From: Azolla caroliniana
Taxonomy: Eukaryota > Plantae > Polypodiophyta
Assembly (NCBI GenBank): GCA_043228905.1
Contig: JBHGNT010000044.1
Coordinates: forward strand, 144,168 to 208,167
DNA length: 64,000 nt
Direction of reading: 5' to 3'
Shown here: positions 1 to 13,260 of the stretch, in pieces
How the letters are laid out: each line of letters begins with the position of its first letter
Position numbering within the stretch: position 1 is the first letter of the stretch
Notes under the pieces: generated by a model
What the model saw: only the letters and a program-made list of their open reading frames with translations
The model's database searches: none
What the model was told of the DNA's origin: nothing
Made by a program: the position numbers and the translations under genes

Positions 1-3000
1 TGGCTCGTGTGATATCGGATTTTTGTGTTCAAACATGCGAATCGAAGCTAACAACGCTAGCTATGATATGGAATTAAAAAATCAAGATTTTGAAACTCAG
101 GTAAAGAGACATGAAGAAATTAGCAAACTTGAGGACTGAGTTGAGAAGACCTAGTAGGTAAATTAAAATGTTCATACCTGGCTCGTGTGAAATCGGATTT
201 TTGTGTTCAAACATGCGAATCGAAGCTAACAACGCTATGTCTGATATGGAATTAAAAACTCAAGATTTTTAAACTCGGGTCAACAGACATGACGAAATTA
301 CCAAATTTGAGGAGGGAGTTGAGAAGAGCCCTTGACTAAATTAAAATGTTCATACCTGGTTCGTGTGATATCGGATATTTGTGTTCAAACATGCGAATCA
401 AAGCTAACAATGCTAGCTACAATATGGAATTAAAAAATCAAGATTTTGAAACTCAGGACGAGAGACATGATGAAAATAGAAAACCTGGGGAGGGAGTTGA
501 GAGGAGCCCTTGAGTAAATTAAAATGTTCATACCTGGCTTGTGTGGTATCTGATTTTTGTGTTCAAACATACGAATCGAAGCTAACAACGCTAGCTATCA
601 TATGGAATTAAGAAATCAAGATTTTGAAACTCGAGTCAAGAGACATGAAGAAATTAGCAAACTTGAGGAGTGAGTTGAGGACACCTAGTAGGTAAATTAA
701 AATGTTCATACCTGGCTCGTGTGATATCGGATTTTTGTGTTCAAACATGCGAATCGAAGGTAACAACGCTAGCTATGATATGGAATTAAAAACTCAAGAT
801 TTTTAAACTCGGGTCAAGAGACATGACGAAATTACCAAATTTGAGGAGGGAGTTGAGAAGAGCCCTTGACTAAATTAAAATGTTCATACATGGCTCGTGT
901 GATATCGGATTTTTGTGTTCAAACATGCGAATCGAAGCTAACAACGCTAGCTATCATATGCAATTAAAAACTCAATATTTTTAAACTCGGGTCAAGAGAC
1001 ATGAAGAAATTAGCAAACTTGAGGAGGGAGTTGAGAGGAGCCCTTGACTAAATTAAAATGTTCATACCTGGCTCGTGTGATATCGGATTTTTGTGTTCAA
1101 ACATGCACATCGAAGCTAACAATGCTAGCTACGATATGGAATTAAAAAATCAAGATTTTGAAACTCAGGACGAGAGACATGATGAAAATAGAAAACTTGG
1201 GGAGGGAGTTGAGAGGAGCCCTTGAGTAAATTAAAATGTTCATACCTGGCTCGTGTGCTATCGGATTTTTGTGTTCAAACATTCGAATCGAAGCTAACAA
1301 CGCTAGCTATGATATGGAATTAAAAACTCAAGATTTTGAAACTCGGGTCCAGAGACATGAAGAAATTAGCAAACTTGAGGAGTGAGTTGAGAATACCAAG
1401 TAGGTAAATTAAAATGTTCATACCTGGCTCGTGTGAAATCCGATTTTTGTGTTCAAACATGCGAATCGAAGCTACCAACGCTAGCTATTATCTGGAATTA
1501 TAAAATCAAGATTTTGAAACTCAGGTAAAGAGACATGAAGAAATTAGCAAACTTGAGGAGGGAGTTGAGAGGAGCCCTTGAGTAAATTAAAATGTTCATA
1601 CCTCGCTCGTGTGATATCGGATTTTTGTGTTCAAACATGCGAATCGAAGCTAACAACGCTAGCTATCATATGGAATTAAAAAATCAAGATCTTGAAACTC
1701 AGGTCGAGAGACATCATGAAAATAGAAAACTTGAGGAGGGAGTTGAGAGGAGCCCTTGAGTAAATTAAAATGTTCATACCTGGCTCGTGTGATATCGGAT
1801 TTTTGTGTTCAAACATGCGAATCGAAGCTAACAACGCTAACTATGATATGGATTTAAAAACTCAAGATTTTTAAACTCGGGTCAAGAGACATGAAGAAAT
1901 TACCAAATTTGAGGAGGGAGTCGAGAAGAGCTCTTGACTAAATTAAAATGTTCATTCCTGGCTCGTGTGATATCGGATTTTTGTGTTCAAACATGCGAAT
2001 CGAAGCTAACAATGCTAGCTACGATATGGAATTAAAAAATCAAGATTTTGAAACTCAGGACGAGAGACATGATGAAAATAGAAAACTTGGGGAGGGAGTT
2101 GAGAGGAGCCCTTGAGTAAATTAAAATGTTCATACCTGGCTTGTGTGGTATCGGATTTTTGTGTTCAAACATGCGCATCGAAGCTAACAATGCTAGCTAC
2201 GATATGGAATTAAAAAATCAAGATTTTGAAACTCAGGACGAGAGACATGATGAAAATAGAAAACTTGGGGAGGGAGTTGAGAGGAGCCCTTGAGTAAATT
2301 AAAATGTTCATACCTGGCTCGTGTGCTATCGGATTTTTGTGTTCAAACATGCGAATCGAAGCTAACAACGCTAGCTATGATATGGAATTAAAAACTCAAG
2401 ATTTTGAAACTCAGGTCAACAGACATGAAGAAATTAGCAAACTTGAGGAGTGAGTTCAGAAGACCAAGTAGGTAAATTAAAATGTTCATACCTGGCTCGT
2501 GTGATATCGGATTTTTGTGTTCAAACATGCGAATCGAAGCTAACAACGCTAGCTATGATATGGAATTAAAAAATCAAGATTTTGAAACTCAGGTAAAGAG
2601 ACATGAAGAAATTAGCAAACTTGAGGAGGGAGTTGAGAGGAGCCCTTGAGTAAATTAAAATGTTCATACCTCGCTCGTGTGATATCGGATTTTTGTGTTC
2701 AAACATGCAAATCGAAGCTAACAACGCTAGCTATAATTTGGAATTAAAAAAATCGAGATTTTGAAACTCAGGTCGAGAGAAATGACGAAAATAGAAAACA
2801 TGAGGAGGGAGTTGAGAAGAGCCCTTGAGTAAATTAAAATGTTCATACCTGGCTCGTGTGATATCGGATTTTTGTATTCAAACATGCGAATCGAAGCTAA
2901 CAACGCTAGCTATGATATGGAATTAAAAAATCAAGATTTTCAAACTCGGGTCGAGAGACATGAAGAAATTAGCAAATTTGAGGAGGGAGTTGAGAATACC

Positions 3001-3334
3001 TAGTAGGTAAATTAAAATGTTCATACCTGGCTCGTGTGATATCGGATTTTTGTATTCAAACATGCGAATCGAAACTAACAACGCTAGCTATGATATGGAA
3101 TTAAAGAATCAAGATTTTCAAACTCGGGTCGAGAGACATGAAGAAATTAGCAAATTTGAGGAGGGAGTTGAGAATACCTAGTAGGTAAATTAAAATGTTC
3201 ATACCTGGCTCGTGTGAAATCCGATTTTTGTGTTCAAACATGCGAATCGAAGCTACCAACGCTAGCTATTATCTGGAATTATAAAATGAAGATTTTGAAA
3301 CTCAGGTCAAGAGACATGAAGAAATTAGCAAACT

Positions 3335-5945
3335 TGAGGGGGGAGTTGAGAGGAGACCTTGAGTAAATTAAAATGTTCATACCTGGCTCGTGTGATATCG
3401 GATTTTTGTGTTCAAACATGCGAATCGAAGCTAACAACGCTAGCTATGATCTGGAATTAAAAAATCAAGATTTTGAAACTCGGGTCGAGAGACATGAAGA
3501 AATTAGCAAACTTGAGGAGTGAGTTTAGAAGAGCCCTTGACTAAATTAAAATGTTCATACCTGGCTCGTGTGATATCGGATTCTTGTATTCAAACATGCG
3601 AATCAAAGCTAACAATGCTAGCTACAATATGGAATTAAAAAATCAAGATTTTGAAACTCGGGTCGAGAGACATGATGAAAATAGAAAAGTTGGGGAGGGA
3701 GTTGAGAATACCTAGTAGGTAAATTAAAATGTTCATACCTGGCTCGTGTGATATCGGATTTTTGTGTTCAAACATGCGAATCGAAGCTAACAACGCTAGC
3801 TATGATATGGAATTAAAAAATCAAGATTTTGAAACTCGGGTCGAGAGACATGATGAGAATAGAAAACTTGAGGAGGGAGTTGAGAGGAGCCCTTGAGTAA
3901 ATTAAAATGTTCATACCTCACTCGTGTGATATCGGATTTTTGTGTTCAAACATGCGAATCGAAGCTAACAACGCTAGCTATGATATGGATTTAAAAACTC
4001 AAGATTTTTAAACTCGGGTCAAGAGACATGAAGAAATTACCATATTTGAGGAGGGAGTCGAGAGGAACTATTAGGTAAATTAAGGTGTTCATACCTGGCT
4101 CGTGTGATATCGTATTTTTGTGTTCAAACATGCGAATCAAAGCTAACAACGCTGGCTATAATTTGGAATTAAAAAAATCAAGATTTTGAAACTCAGGTCG
4201 AGAGAAATGACGAAAATAGAAAACATGAGGAGGGAGTTGAGAAGAGCCCTTGACTAAATTAAAATGTTCATACCTGGCTCGTGTGATATCGGATTTTTGT
4301 AGTCAAACATGCGAATCGAAGCTAACAACGCTAGCTATGATATGGAATTAAAAAATCAAGATTTTGAATCTCGGGTCGAGAGACATGAAGAAATTAGCAA
4401 ACTTGAGGAGGGAGTTGAGAATACCTAGTAGGTAAATTAAAATGTTGATACCTGGCTCGTGTGAAATCCGATTCTTGTGTTCCAACATGCGAATGGAAGC
4501 TACCAACGCTAGCTATTATCTGGAATTATAAAATCAAGATTTTGATACTCAGGTCAAGAGACATGAAGAAATTAGCAAACTTGGGGGGGGAGTTGAGAGG
4601 AGACCTTGAGTAAATTAAAATGTTCATACCTGGCTCGTGTGATATCGGATTTTTGTGTTCAAACATGCGAATCGAAGCTAACAACGCTAGCTATGATCTG
4701 GAATTAAAAAATCAAGATTTTGAAACTCGGGTCGAGAGACATGAAGAAATTAGCAAACTTGAGGAGTGAGTTTAGAAGAGCCCTTGACTAAATTAAAATG
4801 TTCATACCTGGCTCGTGTGATATCGGATTTTTGTATTCAAACATGCGAATCAAAGCTAACAATGCTAGCTACAATATGGAATTAAAAAATCAAGATTTTG
4901 AAACTCGGGTCGAGAGACATGATGAAAATAGAAAAGTTGGGGAGGGAGTTGAGAATACCTAGTAGGTAAATTAAAATGTTCATACCTGGCTCGTGTGATA
5001 TCGGATTTTTGTGTTCAAACATGCGAATCGAAGCTAACAACGCTAGCTATGATATGGAATTAAAAAATCAAGATTTTGAAACTCGGGTCGAGAGACATGA
5101 TGAGAATAGAAAACTTGAGGAGGGAGTTGAGAGGAGCCCTTGAGTAAATTAAAATGTTCATACCTCACTCGTGTGATATCGGATTTTTGTGTTCAAACAT
5201 GCGAATCGAAGCTAACAACGCTAGCTATGATATGGATTTAAAAACTCAAGATTTTTAAACTCGGGTCAAGAGACATGAAGAAATTACCATATTTGAGGAG
5301 GGAGTCGAGAGGAACTATTAGGTAAATTAAGGTGTTCATACCTGGCTCGTGTGATATCGTATTTTTGTGTTCAAACATGCGAATCAAAGCTAACAACGCT
5401 AGCTATAATTTGGAATTAAAAAAATCAAGATTTTGAAACTCAGGTCGAGAGAAATGACGAAAATAGAAAACATGAGGAGGGAGTTGAGAAGAGCCCTTGA
5501 CTAAATTAAAATGTTCATACCTGGCTCGTGTGATATCGGATTTTTGTAGTCAAACATGCGAATCGAAGCTAACAACGCTAGCTATGATATCGAATTAAAA
5601 AATCAAGATTTTGAATCTCGGGTCGAGAGACATGAAGAAATTAGCAAACTTGAGGAGGGAGTTGAGAATACCTAGTAGGTAAATTAAAATGTTGATACCT
5701 GGCTCGTGTGAAATCCGATTCTTGTGTTCCAACATGCGAATGGAAGCTACCAACGCTAGCTATTATCTGGAATTATAAAATCAAGATTTTGATACTCAGG
5801 TCAAGAGACATGAAGAAATTAGCAAACTTGGGGGGGGAGTTGAGAGGAGACCTTGAGTAAATTAAAATGTTCATACCTGGCTCGTGTGATATCGGATTTT
5901 TGTGTTCAAACATGCGAATCGAAGCTAACAACGCTAGCTATGATC
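3335..5945. repeat. Tandem higher-order duplication, 7 monomers (1247 bp)
   Basis: Marker pairs at a constant offset of 1247: ACCTCACTC (3920/5167), TGTAGTCAAA (4301/5548), TGTTGATACC (4447/5694). Confidence 0.9.
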
Positions 5946-7699
5946 TCGGATTAAAGAATCAAGATTTTGAAACTCGGGTCGAGAGACATGAAGAAATTAG
6001 CAAACTTGAGGAGTGAGTTGAGAACAACTAGTAGGTAAATTAAAATGTTCATACCTGGCTCGTGTGAAATCCGATTTTTGTGTTCAAACATGCGAATCGA
6101 AGCTACCAACGCTAGCTATTATCTGGATTTTTATAAAATCAAGATTTTGAAACTCAGGTCAAGAGACATGAAGAAATTAGCAAACTTGGGGAGGGAGTTG
6201 AGAGGAGACCTTGACTAAATTAAAATGTTCATACCTGGCTCGTGTGATATCGGATTTTTGTTTTCAAACATGCGAATCGAAGCTAACAACGCTAGCTATT
6301 ATCTGGAATAATAAAATCAAGATTTTTAAACTCGGGTCAAGAGACATGAAGAAATTAGCAAACTTGAGGAGGGAGTTGAGAATACCTGGCTCGTGTGATA
6401 TCGGATTTTTGTGTTCAAACATGCGAATCGAAGCTAACAACGCTAGCTATGATATGGATTTAAAAACTCAAGATTTTTAAACTCGGGTCAAGAGACATGA
6501 AGAAATTACCATATTTGAGGAGGGAGTCGAGAGGAGCTATTAGGTAAATTAAACTATTCATACCTGGCTCGTGTGATATCGTATTTTTGTGTTCCAACAT
6601 GCGAATCAAAGCTAACAACGCTAGCTATAATTTGGAATTAAAAAAATCAAGATTTTGAAACTCAGGTCGAGAGAAATGACGAAAATAGAAAACATGAGGA
6701 GGGAGTTGAGAAGAGCCCTTGACTAAATTAAAATGTTCATACCTCGCTCGTGTGATATCGGATTTTTGTATTCAAACATGCGAATCGAAGCTAACAACGC
6801 TAGCTATGATCTCGGATTAAAGAATCAAGATTTTGAAACGCGGGTCGAGAGACATGAAGAAATTAGCAAACTTGAGGAGGGAGTTGAGAATACCTAGTAG
6901 GTAAATTAAAATGTTCATACCTGGCTCGTGTGAAATCCGATTTTTGTGTCCAAACATGCGAATCGAAGCTACCAACGCTAGCTATTATCTGGAATTATAA
7001 AATCAAGATTTTGAAACTCAGGTCAAGAGACATGAAGAAATTAGCAAACTTAGGGGGGGAGTTGAGAGGAGACCTTGAGTAAATTTAAATGTTCATACCT
7101 GGCTCGTGTGAAATCCGATTTTTGTGTTCAAACATGCGAATCGAAGCTAACAACGCTAGCTATGATCTCGAATTAAAGAATCAAGATTTTGAAACTCGGG
7201 TCCAGAGACATGAAGAAATTAGCAAACTTGAGGAGTGAGTTGAGAATACCTAGTAGGTAAATTAAAATGTTCATACCTGGCTCGTGTGAAATCCGATTTT
7301 TGTGTTCAAACATGCGAATCGAAGCTACCAACGCTAGCTATTATCTGGAATTATAAATTCAAGATTTTGAAACTCAGGTCAAGAGACATGAAGAAATTAG
7401 CAAACTTGGGGAGGGAGTTGAGAGGAGACCTTGAGTAAATTAAAATGTTCATACCTGGCTCGTGTGATATCCGATTTTTGTGTTCAAACATGCGAATCGA
7501 AGCTAACAACGCTAGCTATGATATGGAATTAAAAAATCAAGATTTTGAAACTCAGGTCAAGAGACATGAAGAAATTAGCAAACTTGAGGAGGGAGTTGAG
7601 AGGAGCCCTTGAGTAAATTAAAATGTTCATACCTCACTCGTGTGATATCGGATTTTAGTGTTTAAACATGCGAATCGAAGCTAACAACGCTAGCTATGA

Positions 7700-10600
7700 T
7701 ATGGAATTAAAAAATCAAGATTTTGAAACTCGGGTCGAGAGACATGAAGAAATTAGCAAACTTGAGGAGTGAGTTGAGAACACCTAGTAGGTAAACTAAA
7801 ATGTTCATACCTGGCTCGTGTGAAATCCGATTTTTGTGTTCAAACATGCGAATCGAATCTAACAACGCTAGCTATTATCTGGAATTATAAAATCAAGATT
7901 TTGAAATTCAGGTCAAGAGACATGAAGAAATTAGCAAACTTGAGGAGGGAGTTGAGAGGAGACCTTGAGTAAATTAAAATATTCATACCTGGCTCGTGTG
8001 ATATCGGATTTTTGTGTTCAAACATGCAAATCGAAGCTAACAACGCTAGCTATGATATGGAATTATAAAATCAGGATTTTGAAACTCAAGTCAAGAGACA
8101 TGAAGAAATTAGCAAACTTGAGGAGTGAGTTGAGAACACCTAGTAGGTAAATTAAAATGTTCATACCTGGCTCGTGTGATATCGGATTTTTGTGTTCAAA
8201 CATGCGAATCGAAGCTAACAACGCTAGCTATGATATGGAATTAAAAAATCAGGATTTCGAAACTCAGGTCAAGAGACATGAAGAAATTAGCAAACTTGCG
8301 GAGGGAGTTGAGAGGAGCCCTTGAGTAAATTAAAATGTTCATACCTCGCTCGTGTGATATCGGATTTTTGTGTTCAAACATGCGAATCGAAGCTAACAAT
8401 GCTAGCTATGATATGGAATTAGAAAATCAAGATTTTGAAACTCAGGTCGAGAGACATGAAGAAATTAGCAAACTTGAGGAGGGAGTTGAGAGGAGCCCTT
8501 GACTAAATTAAAATGTTCATACCTGGCTCGTGTGATATCGGATTTTTGTGTTCAAACATGCGAATCGAAGCTAACAACGCTAGCTATGATATAGATTTAA
8601 AAACTCAAGATTTTTAAACTCGGGTCAAGAGACATGAAGAAATTACCAAATTTGAGGAGGGAGTCGAGAAGAGCTATTAGGTAAATTAAAATGTTCATAC
8701 CTGGCTCGTGTGATATCGGATTTTTGTGTTCAAACATGCGAATCGAAGCTAACAATGCTATCTATGATCTGGAATTAAAAAATCAAGATTTTGAAACTCG
8801 GGTCGAGAGACATGATGAAAATAGAAAACTTGAGGAGGGAGTTGAGAAGACCTAGTAGGTAAATTAAAGTGTTCATACCTGGCTCGTGTGATATCGTATT
8901 TCTGTGTTCAAACATGCGAATCAAATCTAACAACGCTAGCTATAATTTGGAATTAAAAAAATCAAGATTTTGAAACTCAGGTCAAGAGACATGAAGAAAT
9001 TAGCAAACTTGGGGAGGGAGTTGAGAGGAGACCTTGAGTAAATTAAAATGTTCATACCTCGCTCGTGTGATATCGGATTTCTGTGTTCAAACATGCGAAT
9101 CGAAGCTAACAATGCTAGCTATGATCTACAATTAAAAAATCAAGATTTTGAAACTCAGGTCAAGAGACATGAAGAAATTAGCAATCTTGAGGAGGGAGTT
9201 GAGAGGAGCCCTTGAGTAAATTAAAATGTTCATACCTGGCTCGTGTGATATCGGATTTTTGTGTTCAAACATGCGAATCTAAGCTAACTATGCTAGCTAT
9301 AATTTGGAATTAAAAAATCAAGACTTTGAAACTCAGGTCGAGAGACATGATGAAAATAGAAAACTTGAGGAGGGAGTTGAGATGAGCCCTTGAGTAAATT
9401 AAAATGTTCATACCTCGCTCGTGTGATATCGGATTTTTGTGTTCAAACATGCGAATCGAAGCTAACAACGCTAGCTATGATATGGAATTAAAAAATCAAG
9501 ATTTTGAAACTCGGGTCGAGAGACATGAAGAAATTAGCAAACTTGAGGAGGGAGTTGAGAACACCTAGTAGGTAAATTAAAATGTTCATACCTGGCTCGT
9601 GTGAAATCCGATTTTTGTGTTCAAACATGCGAATCGAAGCTAACAACGCTAGCTATTATCTGGAAGTATAAAATAAAAGATTTTTAAACTCGGGTCAAGA
9701 GACATGACGAAATTACCAAACTTGAGGAGGGAGTTGAGAGGAGACCTTGACTAAATTAAAATATTCATACCTGGCTCGTGTGATATCGGATTTTTTTGTT
9801 CAAACATGCGAATCGAAGCTAACAACGCTAGCTATGATATAGAATTAAAAAATCAAGATTTTGAAACTCATGTCGAGAGGAGGGAGTTCAGAGGAGCCCT
9901 TGAGTAAATTAAAATGTTCATACCTGGCTCGTGTGGTATCGGATTTTTGTGTTCAAACATGCAAATTGAAGCTAACAACGCCAGCTATCATATGGAATTA
10001 TAAAGTCAAGATTTTGAAACTCAAGTCAAGAGACATGAAGAAATTAGCAAACTTGACGAGGGAGTTGAGAAGACCTAGTAGGTAAATTAAAGTGTTTATA
10101 CCTGGCTCGTGTGATATCGTATTTTTGTTTTCAAACATGCGAATCAAAGCTACCAACGCTAGCTATAATTTGGAATTAAAAAAATCAAGATTTTGAAACT
10201 CGGGTCGAGAGACATGAAGAAATTAGCAAACTTGAGGAGTGAGTTAAGAACACCTAGTAGGTAAATTAAAATGTTCATACCTGGCTCATGTGAAATCCGA
10301 TTTTTGTGTTCAAACATGCGAATCGAAGCTAACAACGCTAGCTACTATCTGGAATTAAAAAATCAAGATTTTGAAACTCAGGTCAAGAGACATGAAGAAA
10401 TTAGCAAACTTGAGGAGTGAGTTGAGAAGACCTAGTAGGTGAATTAAAATGTTCATACCTGGCTCGTGTGATATCGGATTTTTGTGTTCAAACATGCGAA
10501 TCGAAGCTAACAACGCTAGCTATTATATGGAATTAAAAAATCAAGATTTTGAAAGTCAGGCCGAGAGAAATAATGAAAATAGTAAACATGAGGACGGAGT

Positions 10601-13260
10601 TGAGGAGAGCCCTTGACTAAATTAAAATGTTCAGACCTGCCTCGTGTGATATCAGATTTTTGTGTTCAAACATGCGAATCGAAGCTAACAACGCTAGCTA
10701 TAATCTGGAATTAAAAAAATCAAGATTTTGAAACTCAGATCGAGAAAAATGACGAAAATAGGAAACATGAGGAGGGAGTTGAGAAGAGCCCTTGACTAAA
10801 TTAAAATGTTCATACCTGGCTCGTGTGATATCGGATTTTTGTATTCAAACATGCGAATCGAAGCCTTCAACGCTATCTATGATATGGAATTAAAAAATCA
10901 AGATTTTGAAACTCGGGTCGAGAGACATGAAGAAATTAGCAAACTTGAGGAGGGAGTTGAGAATACCTAGTAGGTAAATTAAAATGTTCATACCTGGCTC
11001 GTGTGAAATCCGATTTTTGTGTTCAAACATGCGAATCGAAGCTTCCAACGCTAGCTATTATCTAGAATTATAAAATCAAGATTTTGAAACTCAGGTCAAG
11101 AGACATGAAGAGATTAGCAAACTTGAGGAGGGAGTTGAGAGGAGACCTTGAGTAAATTAAAATATTCATACCTGGCTCGTGTGATATCGGATTTTTGTGT
11201 TCAAACATGCAAATCGAAGCTAACAACGCTAGCTATGATATGGAATTATAAAATCAGGATTTTGAAACTCAAGTCAAGAGACATGAAGAAATTAGCAAAC
11301 TTGAGGAGTGAGTTGAGAACATCTAGTAGGTAAATTAAAATGTTCATACCTGGTTCGTGTGATATCGGATTTTTGTGTTCAAACATGTGAATCGAATCTA
11401 ACAACGCTAGCTATGATATGGAATTAAAAAATCAGGATTTTGAAACTCAGGTCAAGAGACATGAAGAAATTAGCAAACTTGCGGAGGGAGTGGAGAGGAG
11501 CCCTTGAGTAAATTAAAATGTTCATACCTCGCTCGTGTGATATCGGATTTTTGTGTTCAAACATGCGAATCGAAGCTAACAACGCTAGCTATGATATGGA
11601 ATTAAAAAATCAAGATTCTGAAACTCAGGTCGAGAGACATGATGAAAATAGCAAACTTGAGGAGGGAGTTGAGAGGAGCCCTTGAGTAAATTAAAATGTT
11701 CATACCTGGCTCGTGTGATATCGGATTTTTGTGTTCAAACATGCGAATCCAAGCTAACAACGCTAGGTATGATATGGATTTAAAAACTCAAGATTTTTAA
11801 ACTCGGGTCAAGAGACATGAAGAAATTACCAAATTTGAGGAGGGAGTCGAGAAGAGCTATTAGGTAAATTAAAATGTTCATACCTGGCTCGTGTGATATC
11901 GGATTTTTGTGTTCAAACATGCGAATCGAAGCTAACAACGCTAGCTATAATTTGGAATAAAAAAATCAAGACTTTGAAACTCAGGTCGAGAGACATGATG
12001 AAAATAGAAAACTTGAGGAGGGAGTTGAGATGAGCCCTTGAGTAAATTAAAATGTTCATACCTCGCTCGTGTGATATCGGATTTTTGTGTTCAAACATGC
12101 GAATCGAAGCTAACAACGCTAGCTATGATATGGAATTAAAAAATCAAGATTTTGAAACTCGGGTCGAGAGACATGAAGAAATTAGCAAACTTGAGGAGGG
12201 AGTTGAGAGGAGCCCTTGAGTAAATTAAAATGTTCATACCTGGTTCGTGTGATATCGGATTTTTGTATTCAAACATGCGAATCGAAGCTAACAACGCTAG
12301 CTATCATATGGAATTAAGAAATCAAGATTTTGAAACTCAGGTCAAGAGACATGAAGAAATTAGCAAACTTGAGGAGGGAGTTGAGAGGAGCCCTTGAGTA
12401 AATTAAAATGTTCATACCTCGCTCGTGTGATATCGGATTTTTGTGTTCAAACATGCGAATCGAAGCTAACAACGCTAGCTATAATTTGGAATAAAAAAAT
12501 CAAGACTTTGAAACTCAGGTCGAGAGACATGATGAAAATAGAAAACTTGAGGAGGGAGTTGAGATGAGCCCTTGAGTAAATTAAAATGTTCATACCTCGC
12601 TCGTGTGATATCGGATTTTTGTGTTCAAACATGCGAATCGAAGCTAACAACGCTAGCTATGATATGGAATTAAAAAATCAAGATTTTGAAACTCGGGTCG
12701 AGAGACATGAAGAAATTAGCAAACTTGAGGAGGAAGTTGAGAACACCTAGTAGGTAAATTAAAATGTTCATACCTGGCTCGTGTGAAATCTGATTTTTGT
12801 GTTCAAACATGCGAATCGAAGCTAACAACGCTAGCTATTATCTGGAATTATAAAATCAAGATTTTTAAACTCAGGAGGGAGTTGAGAGGAGACCTTGACT
12901 AAATTAAAATATTCATACCTGGCTCGTGTGATATCGGATTTTTTTGTTCAAACATGCGAATCGAAGCTAACAACGCTAGGTATGATATAGAATTAAAAAA
13001 TCAAGATTTTGAAACTCATGTCGAGAGGAGGGAGTTGAGAGGGGCCCTTGAGTAAATTAAAATGTTCATACCTGGCTCGTGTCGTCTCGGATTTTTGTGT
13101 TCAAACATGCAAATAGAAGCTCACAACACCAGCTATGATATGGAATTATAAAGTCAAGATTTTGAAACTCAAGTCAAGAGACATGAAGAAATTAGCAAAC
13201 TTGACGAGGGAGTTGAGAAGACCTAGTAGGTAAATTAAAGTGTTCATACCTGGCTCGTGT
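7700..13260. repeat. Older, diverged duplication of about 18 monomers (offset about 3.15-3.18 kb)
   Basis: Near-identical ORFs at 7965 and 11148 (offset 3183). The same 25-bp deletion with flank ACTCATGTCGAGAGGAGGG occurs at about 9870 and 13018. Shared TATAAAGTCAAG and TTGACGAGG variants occur near 10000-10060 and 13148-13208. Boundaries approximate; the middle parts differ. Confidence 0.75.

Noticed and set aside
4-101. CENP-B box (TTCGNNNNANNCGGG) at CTCGTGTGATATCGGA or ATTTTGAAACTCGGG
   Set aside because: Only partial matches with wrong spacing or missing core bases.
1-178. Identity with Arabidopsis CEN178/CEN180 or primate alpha satellite
   Set aside because: Only the length is similar. 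I see no sequence resemblance to those consensus sequences as I recall them; BLAST is needed to confirm.
4582-4590. G-runs (TTGGGGGGGGAG; also about 5830 and 7052) as G-quadruplex elements
   Set aside because: Single G-tracts made by A-to-G changes in GAGGAGGG, without four spaced G-runs. The recurrence is explained by local duplication.
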